From assembly GCA_963662315.1 (NCBI GenBank), contig OY759353.1, forward strand, positions 3,808,001 through 3,872,000: a stretch of 64,000 nucleotides of DNA, read 5' to 3'. Source of the stretch: Geopsychrobacteraceae bacterium (GTDB taxonomy: Bacteria > Desulfobacterota > Desulfuromonadia > Desulfuromonadales > Geopsychrobacteraceae). The number at the start of each line of letters is the position of its first letter. Positions within the stretch are counted from its first letter, which is position 1. Of the stretch, positions 1-9,720 are shown piece by piece. The notes under the pieces are model-generated. The model saw nothing but the letters and a program-made list of their open reading frames with translations, did not search any database and was not told the origin of the DNA. A program made the position numbers and the translations under genes.

Positions 1-484
1 CGATGGAGCCACTGCCGCCGAGACTGATGGCAAACGGAGCGTTGCGCAGTTTGACAATCAGATCATTCAAAGAATTCCATACCGAGTCATGGCGCACGGC
101 GATGACACCGTAATCCGCTGCCAGTGCTCCCAGCCAACGCACGTCATTGACACTGTAATTGCCGAATTTCTGGGTCGCGATATTAAGTGCTGATCCGGAA
201 CTGGTGGCCACAATCAGTTGCGGGTCGTTGTTGCGGATACCGATAACATGGTTATAAGCCACAGCACCGATTCCTCCGGTTTTGTAGCGTATCGTCATGG
301 GCGTGTCGATCAGGTTGCTGGCCAGTAGCGCCTTGGCTACCAACTGGCAGCTGAGGTCCATGCCCCCGCCAGCTTTGGCAGCGACCAGACATTCCGTCTG
401 GTCTGCCTGAAAGGCAACAGCGATAGTGCTGTAAAATTGAGAGGTTGAAACGAGAGTTGCCAATAGAAGCAGAAGTTTTTTCAT
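1..484 (-). CDS. Tripartite tricarboxylate transporter substrate-binding protein (TctC/Bug family), 3' end outside the window
   Basis: Not in the ORF track. Manual translation from ATG at 484 gives MKKLLLLLATLVSTSQFYSTIAVAFQADQTECLVAAKAGGGMDLSCQL...GGIGAVAYN...NDVRWLGALAADYG, with a signal peptide and clear alignment to the 771..1742 protein. Confidence 0.85.
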   Translation of the reverse strand, partial: MKKLLLLLATLVSTSQFYSTIAVAFQADQTECLVAAKAGGGMDLSCQLVAKALLASNLIDTPMTIRYKTGGIGAVAYNHVIGIRNNDPQLIVATSSGSALNIATQKFGNYSVNDVRWLGALAADYGVIAVRHDSVWNSLNDLIVKLRNAPFAISLGGSGSI

Positions 485-693
485 CGGATCCCAGCTGGTT
501 TCAAAAAGAACAAAAAGAACTTTAAAAACAGAAAAAACCTTTAGTTCCATAACATTTACAGAATACTAACATCCGGTTATCTATAAAACAATAATTGAAA
601 GCGGTGGCTGGAAAACAGTGGTTTGTGGGCCGAATCGGTAACCTTGTAATGGATAATTCTGAAGATGAAACGTTTTGTTCTTGAGGTTTCTTT

Positions 694-710
694 TTGGTGC
701 AAAAGCTGCT
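694..710 (+). promoter_or_regulatory. Possible sigma54 -24/-12 promoter for tctCBA
   Basis: TTGGTGCAAAAGCTGCT has GG-N10-GC spacing about 60 bp upstream of tctC; imperfect match to TGGCAC-N5-TTGC. Confidence 0.3.
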
Positions 711-770
711 GCCTAAAACTGTGCCCGTGTTAGTGGGCCAAACTCATTTTCGTTACGAGGAGGTAGGACT

Positions 771-1742
771 ATGAAGTTGGTTAAAGTTGTTGCTCTTGGT
801 TTTCTCGCCTGTTGCCTAGCAACACTGCCGGCGTTTGCGGCGGGCATTGAAAAACCAGAGTGTATTGCCCCAGCCAAACCTGGTGGTGGGTTTGACCTGA
901 CGTGCCGGGTCGCTCAGATTGGTCTTAAAGACCACATGCCTAAGCTGATGCAGGTTACCTTCATGCCGGGCGGTATTGGTGCCGTTGCTTTTAACCTGTT
1001 CAACTCGACCCGGACTGATGATCCGAATGCCATCGTTGCGTTCTCTTCCGGCTCTCTGCTTAATATCGCGACCGGTAAATATGGTAAATGGAGCGCTGAT
1101 GACGTGCGTTGGCTGGCAACTGCCGGGGCTGATTTCGGTGCTATCGTCGTTAAGGGCGACAGTCCTTACAAGACGCTTGACGATCTTATGGCTGAATTCA
1201 AAAAGAGTGAGAGCAGTCTGGTCGTAGGTGCCGGTGGTTCTGTCGGTAGCCAGGACTGGATGAAGGCTGCTTTGTTACTTAAATCGGTCGGCAAAGATCC
1301 GCGTAAAATGCGTTATGTTGCTTTTGATGGTGGTGGCGATGCTATTGCCGGACTGCTTGGTGGCAGCATCCAGGTTTATACTGGTGATGTCGGTGAGATG
1401 GTTTCCCACCTTGGTACCGGTTCCATGCGGATTCTTGCTGTCATGTCCGACAAGCGTTTGCCTGAACCTTTTGCTGATATCCCAACCGCTAAAGAACTTG
1501 GTTATGATGCTGAGTGGGTCATTATGCGCGGTTATTACATGGGTAAGAATGTTTCCGATGAAGCTTACAATGCTTGGGCTGATGCCTTCAAGGCGGCTTA
1601 CAAAACCGAAGAGTTTGCCAAAATTCAACAGGAAAAAGGTCTCCTGCCTCTGAATATGGCCGGCGAAGAATTCAATCAGGATGTTAAAAAACGCGTTGCC
1701 AAGATGCGTGAAATTGCTAAGGAAGCAGGTTTGATCAAGTAA
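771..1742 (+). CDS. tctC: Tripartite tricarboxylate transporter periplasmic binding protein
   Basis: Signal peptide; ECIAPAKPGGGFDLTCR, GGIGAVAFN and GGSVGSQDW motifs; GGAGG RBS; followed by tctB and tctA. Confidence 0.92.
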   Translation: MKLVKVVALGFLACCLATLPAFAAGIEKPECIAPAKPGGGFDLTCRVAQIGLKDHMPKLMQVTFMPGGIGAVAFNLFNSTRTDDPNAIVAFSSGSLLNIATGKYGKWSADDVRWLATAGADFGAIVVKGDSPYKTLDDLMAEFKKSESSLVVGAGGSVGSQDWMKAALLLKSVGKDPRKMRYVAFDGGGDAIAGLLGGSIQVYTGDVGEMVSHLGTGSMRILAVMSDKRLPEPFADIPTAKELGYDAEWVIMRGYYMGKNVSDEAYNAWADAFKAAYKTEEFAKIQQEKGLLPLNMAGEEFNQDVKKRVAKMREIAKEAGLIK

Positions 1743-1769
1743 TTTTGATTGTTTATTGAACGAGCATGA

Positions 1770-1808
1770 TAGTGGTGCCGGCTGTCTGTGAGCTGCCGGT
1801 ACCGCTAC
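1770..1808 (+). other. Intergenic stem-loop after tctC
   Basis: TAGTGGTGCCGGC...GCCGGTACCGCTA imperfect inverted repeat, a typical position for a hairpin that stabilises binding-protein mRNA. Confidence 0.5.
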
Positions 1809-1818
1809 GGAGAATGAG

Positions 1819-2259
1819 ATGGCTGATAGAATTTTTGGAACGGTTATTCTGCTGGTGACGCTGGCGTATGGGTTTGTCGCCTTTACCGTGATTGAGGCTC
1901 CTTTTCAATATGACCCACTGGGACCGGAAAGTTGGCCGCGGATATTGGCTGTTTGTGCCGGGTTATGTGCTTTGTACGTAATGATTCGGCCGGATGACCT
2001 GAAGTTTAACGTGGCCAATAATGTTTTGACCCGGATTGGAATTGTTGTTGTCATGCTGGCTGCGTATGCTCACTTTTATGAGCCCGCCGGGTTTATTGTG
2101 GCGACGACGATTTTTTGCGCGGTCTTTTCAAAATTGTTCGGTGCCAGCTACAAGGAGTCCGTGCTGTTCGGTATCGGTACCGGTGTGCTGGGGTATATCC
2201 TGTGTGCCCTGCTACTTGATCTGAACTTGCCGAAGGGCATCCTGGAAGCGATTTTGTGA
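1819..2259 (+). CDS. tctB: Tripartite tricarboxylate transporter small membrane subunit
   Basis: 146 aa, about 4 TM segments, YDPLGPESWP motif, lies between tctC and tctA. Confidence 0.88.
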   Translation: MADRIFGTVILLVTLAYGFVAFTVIEAPFQYDPLGPESWPRILAVCAGLCALYVMIRPDDLKFNVANNVLTRIGIVVVMLAAYAHFYEPAGFIVATTIFCAVFSKLFGASYKESVLFGIGTGVLGYILCALLLDLNLPKGILEAIL

Positions 2260-2266
2260 GGTTGAC

Positions 2267-3763
2267 ATGTTTGATGTGTTTGGAAATTTAGGTCAAGGAT
2301 TCGCGGTTGCCCTGCAACCGATGAACTTTCTGTACGTCATTATCGGTTGTATGTCGGGAACCTTGATCGGCGCTCTGCCTGGCATCGGACCGATTAACGG
2401 GGTTGCCATTCTGTTGCCTATCGCTTTCAGTGCCGGTCTGCCACCTGAATCGGCCCTGATTCTGCTGGCCGGTATCTATTACGGTGCTGAATATGGCGGG
2501 CGGATCTCTTCAATTCTGCTCAATGTCCCAGGGGATGCCGGTGCGGTTTTCACCACCCTTGATGGTAACCCGATGGCGAAGAATGGCGAGGCTGGCCGGG
2601 CGCTGTCCCTGTCTGCGGTAGCGTCATTTCTGGGCGGGACTTTTGCCGTTGTCCTGATGACTCTGTTCGGTCCGTTGCTGGCTTCGGTGGCGATCAAGTT
2701 CAATCCGTCCGACTACGTGGCCCTGATGGTGTTCGCTTTTACCTGCCTGTCATCACTGGTTGGTAAAAATCCGGTCAAAACCCTGTTAGGTGCCATCATG
2801 GGCTTTATGATCACCACGATCGGGATTGATGCGAACACGGGTGTTCCGCGCTTTACCTTTGATGTTCCGGACCTGCTTTCCGGTATCGATTTCCTGATTA
2901 TTGTTATCGGGCTGTTCGGTATGGCTGAGCTGATTCACCTGGTTGAACAACAGATTATGGGTAAACTTGAGGTTCTGCCGATCGGAAAGAGTTTCGTCTC
3001 CTGGGCTGATATCAAAAAGATTAAATGGACCATATTACGCAGCTCGCTGATCGGTTTTTTTATCGGTGTTCTGCCGGGTACCGGAGCTTCGGTTGCTTCT
3101 GCTGTTACCTACGGGACTGAGAAACGTCTGGCTGGTGAAGAAGGTAAGTATTTCGGCACCGGTGATGTCCGCGGCCTGGCTGCTCCAGAGGCGGCTAATA
3201 ACGCCTCTGCCGGTGGCGCAATGGTGCCGATGCTGACCCTTGGTATTCCAGGGTCGGGAACCACGGCCATCTTGCTGGGAGCCTTGTTGCTGTTCAACGT
3301 GACTCCCGGTCCGCTGATGTTCCAGAATCGTCCGGAAATCGCCTGGGGCCTGATCGCCTCCATGTATATCGGTAACATTGCCCTGCTGGTTATCAACCTG
3401 CCCATGGTCGGGTTGTTTGCCCGCTTGTTGACGATTCCCCAGAAATATCTGACTCCGTTGATCGCCGTGCTGGCCTTTGTCGGTATCTACTCCGTCGTCA
3501 GCAATCCCTTTGATCTTTACATGATTATCGGTCTCGGCGTGTTCGGTTGGCTGCTGCGCAAGTTACAGTTCTCCCTGGCTCCGGTTATTCTCGGTGTCGT
3601 TCTCGGCAATATTTTTGAAGATAACTTAAGACGTGCTTTGTCGATCTCTGCCGGGGACTGGTCGATTCTGTTCGATACTCCGTCAAGCATTGTCCTGTAC
3701 ATCATGGCTTTCCTGATTGTTTTTGCACCAATGCTGCTGGGTCGTGTTCTTAAAAAAGCATAA
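2267..3763 (+). CDS. tctA: Tripartite tricarboxylate transporter large membrane subunit
   Basis: GALPGIGP, YYGAEYGG, PEAANNA and LTLGIPGS motifs of TctA. Confidence 0.95.
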   Translation: MFDVFGNLGQGFAVALQPMNFLYVIIGCMSGTLIGALPGIGPINGVAILLPIAFSAGLPPESALILLAGIYYGAEYGGRISSILLNVPGDAGAVFTTLDGNPMAKNGEAGRALSLSAVASFLGGTFAVVLMTLFGPLLASVAIKFNPSDYVALMVFAFTCLSSLVGKNPVKTLLGAIMGFMITTIGIDANTGVPRFTFDVPDLLSGIDFLIIVIGLFGMAELIHLVEQQIMGKLEVLPIGKSFVSWADIKKIKWTILRSSLIGFFIGVLPGTGASVASAVTYGTEKRLAGEEGKYFGTGDVRGLAAPEAANNASAGGAMVPMLTLGIPGSGTTAILLGALLLFNVTPGPLMFQNRPEIAWGLIASMYIGNIALLVINLPMVGLFARLLTIPQKYLTPLIAVLAFVGIYSVVSNPFDLYMIIGLGVFGWLLRKLQFSLAPVILGVVLGNIFEDNLRRALSISAGDWSILFDTPSSIVLYIMAFLIVFAPMLLGRVLKKA

Positions 3764-3773
3764 TCGTTTATCT

Positions 3774-3810
3774 GGTGGTACTGTCGGTTGGAAAAATCGG
3801 CAGTGCCACC
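3774..3810 (+). terminator. Stem-loop after tctA
   Basis: GGTGGTACTGTCGGTT...AATCGGCAGTGCCACC inverted repeat just after the stop; no strong U-tract. Confidence 0.45.
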
Positions 3811-3943
3811 TGCTTGCAGGTCTTGGCTCAATGCGGGCTTTGCCCTGACAATTCATCTGATCTTATCTTCTTTAGTACGTTTCTTGTGTGTCAATAAATA
3901 TCGCTGTCTGAATTTACTCATAACTATTTCAAGGAGCATGTTC

Positions 3944-4435
3944 ATGGCTGAGAACGTAAACCCATTTAAAACAGCTGACCTTTTTGATGATCATGGCGAT
4001 CGGCTCCAGGTATGTGAACCTTTGTTTTGCGACTATGGTGGTAATAAGTCCTTTTGTGGGCCTATCGTAACCATTAAATGTTTTGAAGATAATTCTCTGG
4101 TTGGCGATACTCTTGGTACTCCTGGCAATGGGCAGGTCCTGGTCGTTGATGCCGGTGGCTCAAAGCGTTGTGCGATGCTGGGGGATCGTCTGGCTCAAAA
4201 GGGGGTCGATAACGGCTGGGCCGGAGTTCTCATGTTTGGCTGTATCAGAGATGCCGAAGATATAGGCACCATGCCCCTGGGGGTTAAGGCTCTGGCGACC
4301 ATGCCGCGCAAGAGTATCAAAAAGGGTATTGGAGAAAAAGATCTGGAGGTGTGCTTCGCCGGGGTGACCTTTCGCAGCGGCGAATGGCTTTACGCGGACC
4401 GGGACGGGATAGTCGTCAGTAAAGTGAGGCTCTGA
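3944..4435 (+). CDS. rraA: RraA family protein (RNase E regulator / HMG-aldolase-like, oxaloacetate decarboxylase-like)
   Basis: TADLFD, KCFEDNSLV, VLVVDAGGS, GCIRD and YADRDG motifs; ATG at 3944 after AAGGAG (ORF track start 3788 is too early). Confidence 0.9.
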   Translation: MAENVNPFKTADLFDDHGDRLQVCEPLFCDYGGNKSFCGPIVTIKCFEDNSLVGDTLGTPGNGQVLVVDAGGSKRCAMLGDRLAQKGVDNGWAGVLMFGCIRDAEDIGTMPLGVKALATMPRKSIKKGIGEKDLEVCFAGVTFRSGEWLYADRDGIVVSKVRL

Positions 4436-4613
4436 GAGATTTCTCACGGCTGCTGAGCGATTATCGGAAATTTCTTTGTGGATATTCTTGATGTGACAGG
4501 CATTGCCCTGTAAGATGAGCGAACACTGAGAAGACAACGGCTGATGTGTTGGGCCGTTGTCTTTTAGCTGAGGGTTGCTGAGAAATTCGTGTCCACAGAG
4601 AGTTATCTACAAC

Positions 4614-6299
4614 ATGATTCACACTTTTGATCTTTTACAGCAGATGGCAATCTTTCTATTAATTGCCTATCTGTTCAGCAAATCCCCTGCCTTTAAACCC
4701 CTGGTTGCCGACGCTCTTCTGCTTAAGCACAAGATCCTGCTGTTTATCTTCTTCTCAGGTTTTTCCATTCTTGGAACCTATATCGGTTTGCCCGTTCACA
4801 ATGCGGTTTTTAACACAAGTGCTATTGGCAATGTCATCTCCGGCATGATCGGCGGGCCGATTCTCGGATTGGGGACTGGTATTATAAGCGGTTTGTTTGG
4901 CATTCTGCTTGGGAACTATTCAAGTGTTTCTTTTGCTCTGGCCAGTTCGGCGGTTGCGCAGGGGCTGTTGGGGGGAGGCGTTCATCTGGTGATGATGCGC
5001 AAAAATCAGTCGGAACAGCTTTTTTATCCGGGGGTGGCTATGGTTACTGCCTTGTCCGGCGCTATTCTGCAACTGATCATATTGCGCCTTTTTCTGCAGC
5101 CGGGCAGCGAAGATTGGCGTGTCGTTCATGCGTTTGCCCTGCCATTGTTGTCGGCCAATGCTCTTGGGGCAGCGTTATTCATGACCATGATGCGGGACCA
5201 GAAAACCATGCTCGACAAAGTCGGTGCCATGTTTTCTGCCAAGGCGCTGAATATTGCTGAACGCAGCCTGGGAATACTGAGCCAGGGGTTTACCCCGGAG
5301 ACGGCACATCGTCTGGCTGAAATTATTTATGATGAAACCGGTGTCGGGGCCGTTGGTATCAGTGATCGTGAAACGACCCTGGCTTTTGTTGGTGAGGGAT
5401 CCGATCACCATCGCCCCGGGTTGTCCATCGCTTCATCCAAAACACGGGAAGCGATTCGCGATAACAAGGTCATCTATTCCGATGGGGTCCACGAGAAGTT
5501 TACCTGTGCCCTGCGTGACGATTGCCCCTTGGGCTCTGCTCTGATTGTCCCCTTGCGTGCCGATAATGAGGTTGTCGGGACCATCAAGTTGTATGAGCCG
5601 AAACATAAACTGTTTTTGAATCTGAACAAAACTCTGGGCGAAGGGATCGCCCGCTTGCTTTCGGAACAGTTGCTGCGCGATCGCTATGAAAATCAGAAAA
5701 ACTTGCTGGTTAAATCAGAACTCAAACTGATTCAGGCGCAGGTTAACCCACATTTTCTGTTTAACGCTCTTAATACCATTGTGGCCGTGGTGCGTAAGGA
5801 TCCTGATCAGGCGCGCAGCCTGCTGCTCCATTTGTCCAATTATTTTCGTAAGAATCTTAAGCGATCCAGTGATTTGGCCACATTGGAAGAAGAGTTGGAT
5901 CACGTTAACTCCTATCTGGTTATTCAGAAAGCACGCTTTGGGGAGAAGTTGCTGATCGAGCAGGATATCGACCCGCAGCTGTTAAAAACCAAAGTTCCCA
6001 CTTTTACTTTGCAGCCGATTGTAGAAAATGCTATCAAACACGGCATTTCCAATATGCTCGATGCTGGTAAAGTGAAGATCGCCGCCCGCCGAGAGGGTGG
6101 AAAAATCTATATCGAGATCACTGATGACGCCGGTGCCTATTGTGAAAAACTCAGGACTGACGGCCTTGGTATGAATATTGTTGATAAGCGAATTAAGAAT
6201 CTCTATGGCAGCCATTACGGGACAGCAATCTCTTGCATTCCCGATGAAATGACCAGGGTCTCACTGATTCTGCCGGATAAAAACGGAGTAAGCAAATGA
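4614..6299 (+). CDS. LytS/YehU (BtsS-like) sensor histidine kinase: 5TM-5TMR_LYT, GAF and kinase domains
   Basis: AQVNPHFLFNALNT and LQPIVENAIKHG motifs; hydrophobic N-terminus; GAF with CPLGSALIVPL. Confidence 0.92.
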   Translation: MIHTFDLLQQMAIFLLIAYLFSKSPAFKPLVADALLLKHKILLFIFFSGFSILGTYIGLPVHNAVFNTSAIGNVISGMIGGPILGLGTGIISGLFGILLGNYSSVSFALASSAVAQGLLGGGVHLVMMRKNQSEQLFYPGVAMVTALSGAILQLIILRLFLQPGSEDWRVVHAFALPLLSANALGAALFMTMMRDQKTMLDKVGAMFSAKALNIAERSLGILSQGFTPETAHRLAEIIYDETGVGAVGISDRETTLAFVGEGSDHHRPGLSIASSKTREAIRDNKVIYSDGVHEKFTCALRDDCPLGSALIVPLRADNEVVGTIKLYEPKHKLFLNLNKTLGEGIARLLSEQLLRDRYENQKNLLVKSELKLIQAQVNPHFLFNALNTIVAVVRKDPDQARSLLLHLSNYFRKNLKRSSDLATLEEELDHVNSYLVIQKARFGEKLLIEQDIDPQLLKTKVPTFTLQPIVENAIKHGISNMLDAGKVKIAARREGGKIYIEITDDAGAYCEKLRTDGLGMNIVDKRIKNLYGSHYGTAISCIPDEMTRVSLILPDKNGVSK

Positions 6300-7006
6300 T
6301 CAGAGTGTTAATCGTCGATGATGAATCACACGCACGCGAAGAACTGGCGGTGTTACTGGAAGATATCGGCGGTGTTGAAATTGTCGGCAGCTGTGCCAAT
6401 GCCATGGAAGCGATTCGCATGGTTAATCATGAGAAGCCTGATGTCGTTTTCCTGGATATTAAGATGCCGGTTCTGGACGGCTTTGATCTGCTGGGCATGA
6501 TTGAAGAAGAGGTCATGCCATATATCGTTTTTGTAACGGCATTTGATGAGTACGCGTTAAAATCCTTTGAGGAGAAGACCCTCGATTATCTGCTGAAACC
6601 GGTCGACCCTGAGCATCTGGGGCGGGCTATGCAGAAGATTCGTAATGCCGTTGCCAGTAACCAGTCGCCTAATTATCAGATCCCGCAATTGACGCGGATT
6701 CCCTGTATCAGCGGTCATAAAATTAAGCTGGTAAACCCTGAAAATGTTGAATATGCGCATTCTGATATCAGTGGTGTTCACGTTTATATCGCGGATGGTG
6801 GCTACTTTACCGAACTCACGCTGAAGGTGCTCGAAGGACGGGCCGGCTATCTTCGTTGTCATAAACAATATCTGGTAAATCCACGTTTTGTAGATGAAAT
6901 TGTTACCCAGGAAAATGGCCTCGCTGAAATCAAAACACACAGCGGTTACACCCTGCCGGTAAGCAGGCGTTATCTGCGTAAATTGAAGGATGCGTTCGGT
7001 CTTTAA
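6296..7006 (+). CDS. LytTR family response regulator (BtsR/YehT-like)
   Basis: REC domain (VDDE, FLDIKMP, VTAFDEYA, YLLKP) plus LytTR domain (LRCHKQYLVN, PVSRRY); ATGA overlap with the kinase. Confidence 0.93.
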   Translation: MIRVLIVDDESHAREELAVLLEDIGGVEIVGSCANAMEAIRMVNHEKPDVVFLDIKMPVLDGFDLLGMIEEEVMPYIVFVTAFDEYALKSFEEKTLDYLLKPVDPEHLGRAMQKIRNAVASNQSPNYQIPQLTRIPCISGHKIKLVNPENVEYAHSDISGVHVYIADGGYFTELTLKVLEGRAGYLRCHKQYLVNPRFVDEIVTQENGLAEIKTHSGYTLPVSRRYLRKLKDAFGL

Positions 7007-7024
7007 ACAGTGTTTTTAGACCGT

Positions 7025-7074
7025 CCCGCTTATTAAAGCATTCCGACCGCTTAGTTTCCTAATCCTACCGTTTG
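7025..7074 (+). promoter_or_regulatory. Three direct repeats matching the BtsR/YehT operator
   Basis: CCCGCTTA (7025)-13 bp-ACCGCTTA (7046)-13 bp-ACCGTTTG (7067); the E. coli YehT/BtsR site is ACC[G/A]CT[C/T]A x2 with a 13-bp spacer. Confidence 0.75.
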
Positions 7075-7186
7075 TCTTATCTGACCTTTTTACTCCAGGC
7101 GTATTGTCCTATCTTAAACTCGAACGGTCGCAGAGGGAGTTCTCTTCTGCGAGAATTTTTCGCGAGTATTACTAAGGAGTGGAACA

Positions 7187-7321
7187 ATGGGTGAAGCAGC
7201 ACTGTCTTATTGGTTGGAAGAGTTTATCAATCCTTCTCCGCAGCCAGCTGATGCCGATATGGAATATTCGGCGCTATTAGCCGGTGAGTCGGATGATGAC
7301 TGGAAATATGGTTCCGATTGA
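7187..7321 (+). CDS. Small acidic hypothetical protein, 44 aa
   Basis: TAAGGAG RBS at 7173-7179; MGEAALSYWLEEFINPSPQPADADMEYSALLAGESDDDWKYGSD*; not in the ORF track. Confidence 0.55.
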   Translation: MGEAALSYWLEEFINPSPQPADADMEYSALLAGESDDDWKYGSD

Positions 7322-7441
7322 TTGACTGTTCCAAGCGTATCTTTATAATGCGCAACGATGGCCCAGCTTATTTGTTAAGTGTTGGGCCTTTGTTATATTT
7401 GCAAGAAGGGTAGTTCCATTTTTTTTCGAGGGAGAGTCGAT

Positions 7442-7729
7442 ATGTCAGTAAGAATTGTTATTGTACGTCATGTACCACAGGAGAAAGCTTCTGAGTTAAG
7501 ACCTTTGCTGTTGGAAATGAGAGCCCTTGCCAACGCTCAGCCGGGATATGTTTCTGGCGAAACTCTGGTTAATTATGATGACCCGAGCGAGTACCTGGTT
7601 TTGAGTACCTGGCAGACGCTTAAGGATTGGAATGTCTGGTTGGCTGATGAACGACGCAAGAGGTTGCAGTCCGAAGTTGATGCGATTACCGGTTGTGAGA
7701 CACTTTATTCAGTGTATTACAACGGTTAA
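7442..7729 (+). CDS. Antibiotic biosynthesis monooxygenase (ABM) family protein
   Basis: AQPGYVSGETL...YLVLSTWQTLKDW pattern; ATG at 7442 after GGGAGAG. Confidence 0.75.
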   Translation: MSVRIVIVRHVPQEKASELRPLLLEMRALANAQPGYVSGETLVNYDDPSEYLVLSTWQTLKDWNVWLADERRKRLQSEVDAITGCETLYSVYYNG

Positions 7730-7776
7730 TGCCGACAAGATGTCAAAGAACTTACTCAGATAAAGGATAATCGCTG

Positions 7777-9327
7777 ATGATGGAAGCGAAGATTAATGCA
7801 TTGTTGGAGAAACGTCAGAAAGCTCTTGTCGGTGGTGGTAGCGACAAAATCAAAAAGCGCCATGAAAAGGGATTGCTGACGGCACGTGAGAGGATCGATC
7901 TGCTGCTTGACGAAGGGAGCTTTGAAGAGTTCGATATGTTCAAAGGTCATCGTTGTCATCACTTCGGTATGGAGAAGATCGAGACAATTGGCGATGGTGT
8001 TGTCACCGGTTACGGTACTATCGGTGGTCGTTTGGTTTATGTATTTGCTTTTGACTTTACTGTTCTGGGTGGTTCCTTGTCCGAAACTCTGGCAGAGAAA
8101 GTCTGCAAAGTTATGGACATGGCCGTTAAGAATGGTGCCCCTGTTATCGGTCTGAACGATTCCGGTGGCGCTCGTATTCAGGAAGGGATCGAGAGTCTTG
8201 CCGGTTACTCTGATATTTTCCTGCGCAACGTTATGGCTTCCGGTGTTGTTCCCCAGTTGTCAGGTATTTTTGGCCCCTGTGCTGGTGGTGCCGTTTACTC
8301 TCCAGCTCTGACTGATTTTAACGTTATGGTTCGCAATAACAGCTACATGTTCTTGACCGGACCTAAAGTTGTTAAAGCTGTTACCCACGAAGATGTTACG
8401 ACAGAAGCTCTCGGTGGTGCCAGCGTCCATACAACCAAGAGTGGGGTTGCTCACCTGGCGGGAGACACAGAAGAACAGGCTATTGCTCAGTTGCGCGAAC
8501 TGTTCTCTTATATGCCGCAGAACAACATGGAAGTTCCCCCGCGTAAGGAGACCGATGATCCTATCAGTCGTGAGGAAATGGGGCTGTGCCGTCTGCTTCC
8601 CGAAAACCCTAACCATCCCTACGATATCAAGCAACTGATCGCTGCCACTGTTGACGATGGCCAGTTCCTTGAGATTCAACCGGACTGGGCGCCAAATATT
8701 GTTATCGCTTTTGCTCGCTACGGCGGTCAATCTGTTGGTATCGTTGCCAACCAGCCGCTGCACCTTGCCGGGGTTCTGGATAACGATTCGTCCATCAAGG
8801 CTGCTCGCTTTGTCCGTTTCTGCGATGCGTTCAACATTCCATTGGTTACCTTTGTTGATGTTCCTGGCTTCTTGCCTGGTACCGCGCAGGAGTATGGCGG
8901 CATCATTCGTAACGGTGCCAAGCTTCTCTACGCATATGCCGAAGCAACTGTACCTAAAGTCACAGTTGTTGTTCGCAAGTCCTACGGTGGGGCTTACTGT
9001 GTTATGAGCTCCAAGCATCTGCGTGGAGACGTGAACTATTCCTGGCCAACCGGTGAAATCGCAGTTATGGGAGCCAAAGGTGCTGCAGAGATTCTGTTTG
9101 CCGGCGCTGCCAAAAAAGACCCTGAGAACTCCGCTAAAATTATGGCCGAAGGCATTGAAGAGTATTCCGATAAATTCGCTAACCCCTACGAAGCAGCCAA
9201 GCGCGGCTACGTTGACGCCGTTATTATGCCCCAGCGCACCCGTTTCCGGATTTGCAAGGCATTGGCGATGCTCGAAGGGAAGCAAGATTGCAATCCGCGT
9301 AAAAAACACGGAAATATCCCTCTGTAA
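7777..9327 (+). CDS. mmdA: Acyl-CoA carboxyltransferase, methylmalonyl-CoA decarboxylase alpha / PccB type
   Basis: [40 protein letters not shown] and KKHGNIPL motifs; upstream of delta, biotin-carrier and beta subunits. Confidence 0.85.
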   Translation: MMEAKINALLEKRQKALVGGGSDKIKKRHEKGLLTARERIDLLLDEGSFEEFDMFKGHRCHHFGMEKIETIGDGVVTGYGTIGGRLVYVFAFDFTVLGGSLSETLAEKVCKVMDMAVKNGAPVIGLNDSGGARIQEGIESLAGYSDIFLRNVMASGVVPQLSGIFGPCAGGAVYSPALTDFNVMVRNNSYMFLTGPKVVKAVTHEDVTTEALGGASVHTTKSGVAHLAGDTEEQAIAQLRELFSYMPQNNMEVPPRKETDDPISREEMGLCRLLPENPNHPYDIKQLIAATVDDGQFLEIQPDWAPNIVIAFARYGGQSVGIVANQPLHLAGVLDNDSSIKAARFVRFCDAFNIPLVTFVDVPGFLPGTAQEYGGIIRNGAKLLYAYAEATVPKVTVVVRKSYGGAYCVMSSKHLRGDVNYSWPTGEIAVMGAKGAAEILFAGAAKKDPENSAKIMAEGIEEYSDKFANPYEAAKRGYVDAVIMPQRTRFRICKALAMLEGKQDCNPRKKHGNIPL

Positions 9328-9363
9328 CCAGAACATTAATCACTTAAACGAACGGATACGATT

Positions 9364-9720
9364 ATGAATTTTGGCTGGCAGAATGTGGTTGATGGTCATG
9401 GGATCGGTCTCATGATCACCGGGATGTTGATTGTTTTTGCGGGATTGCTGCTGATCAGTGGAGTCATCGTCCTGATGGGTTCCCTGGACGGCAGAAAACA
9501 TAAGGCAAAGACAGCTTCTGTTTCGGTAGATGATGCGAAAGCTCTTAAAGAACCGACAAAAGAAGAGCTTATTGCTGTTGCGGCTCTGGTTGTTTATCTT
9601 GAATCAGAACGTAGCATGGGCGAATTGACAATTAAATTACCTAAGCAGAAGCGGGTCGGATCAATCTGGGCTTCTGCAGGCAAAATGCGCTCGCTGTCTG
9701 AAGGAGGCTCCTATGCGTAA
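9364..9720 (+). CDS. Na+-translocating decarboxylase membrane-anchor subunit (OadG/MmdD family)
   Basis: GMLIVFAGLLLI TM segment, ELIAVAA motif and C-terminal W..AG. Confidence 0.8.
   Translation: MNFGWQNVVDGHGIGLMITGMLIVFAGLLLISGVIVLMGSLDGRKHKAKTASVSVDDAKALKEPTKEELIAVAALVVYLESERSMGELTIKLPKQKRVGSIWASAGKMRSLSEGGSYA

Noticed and set aside
8260..9336. Long antisense ORFs (8260-9336, 18041-18841, 27247-27972, 61116-61856)
   Set aside because: They fully overlap well-supported genes on the opposite strand and show no recognisable motifs.
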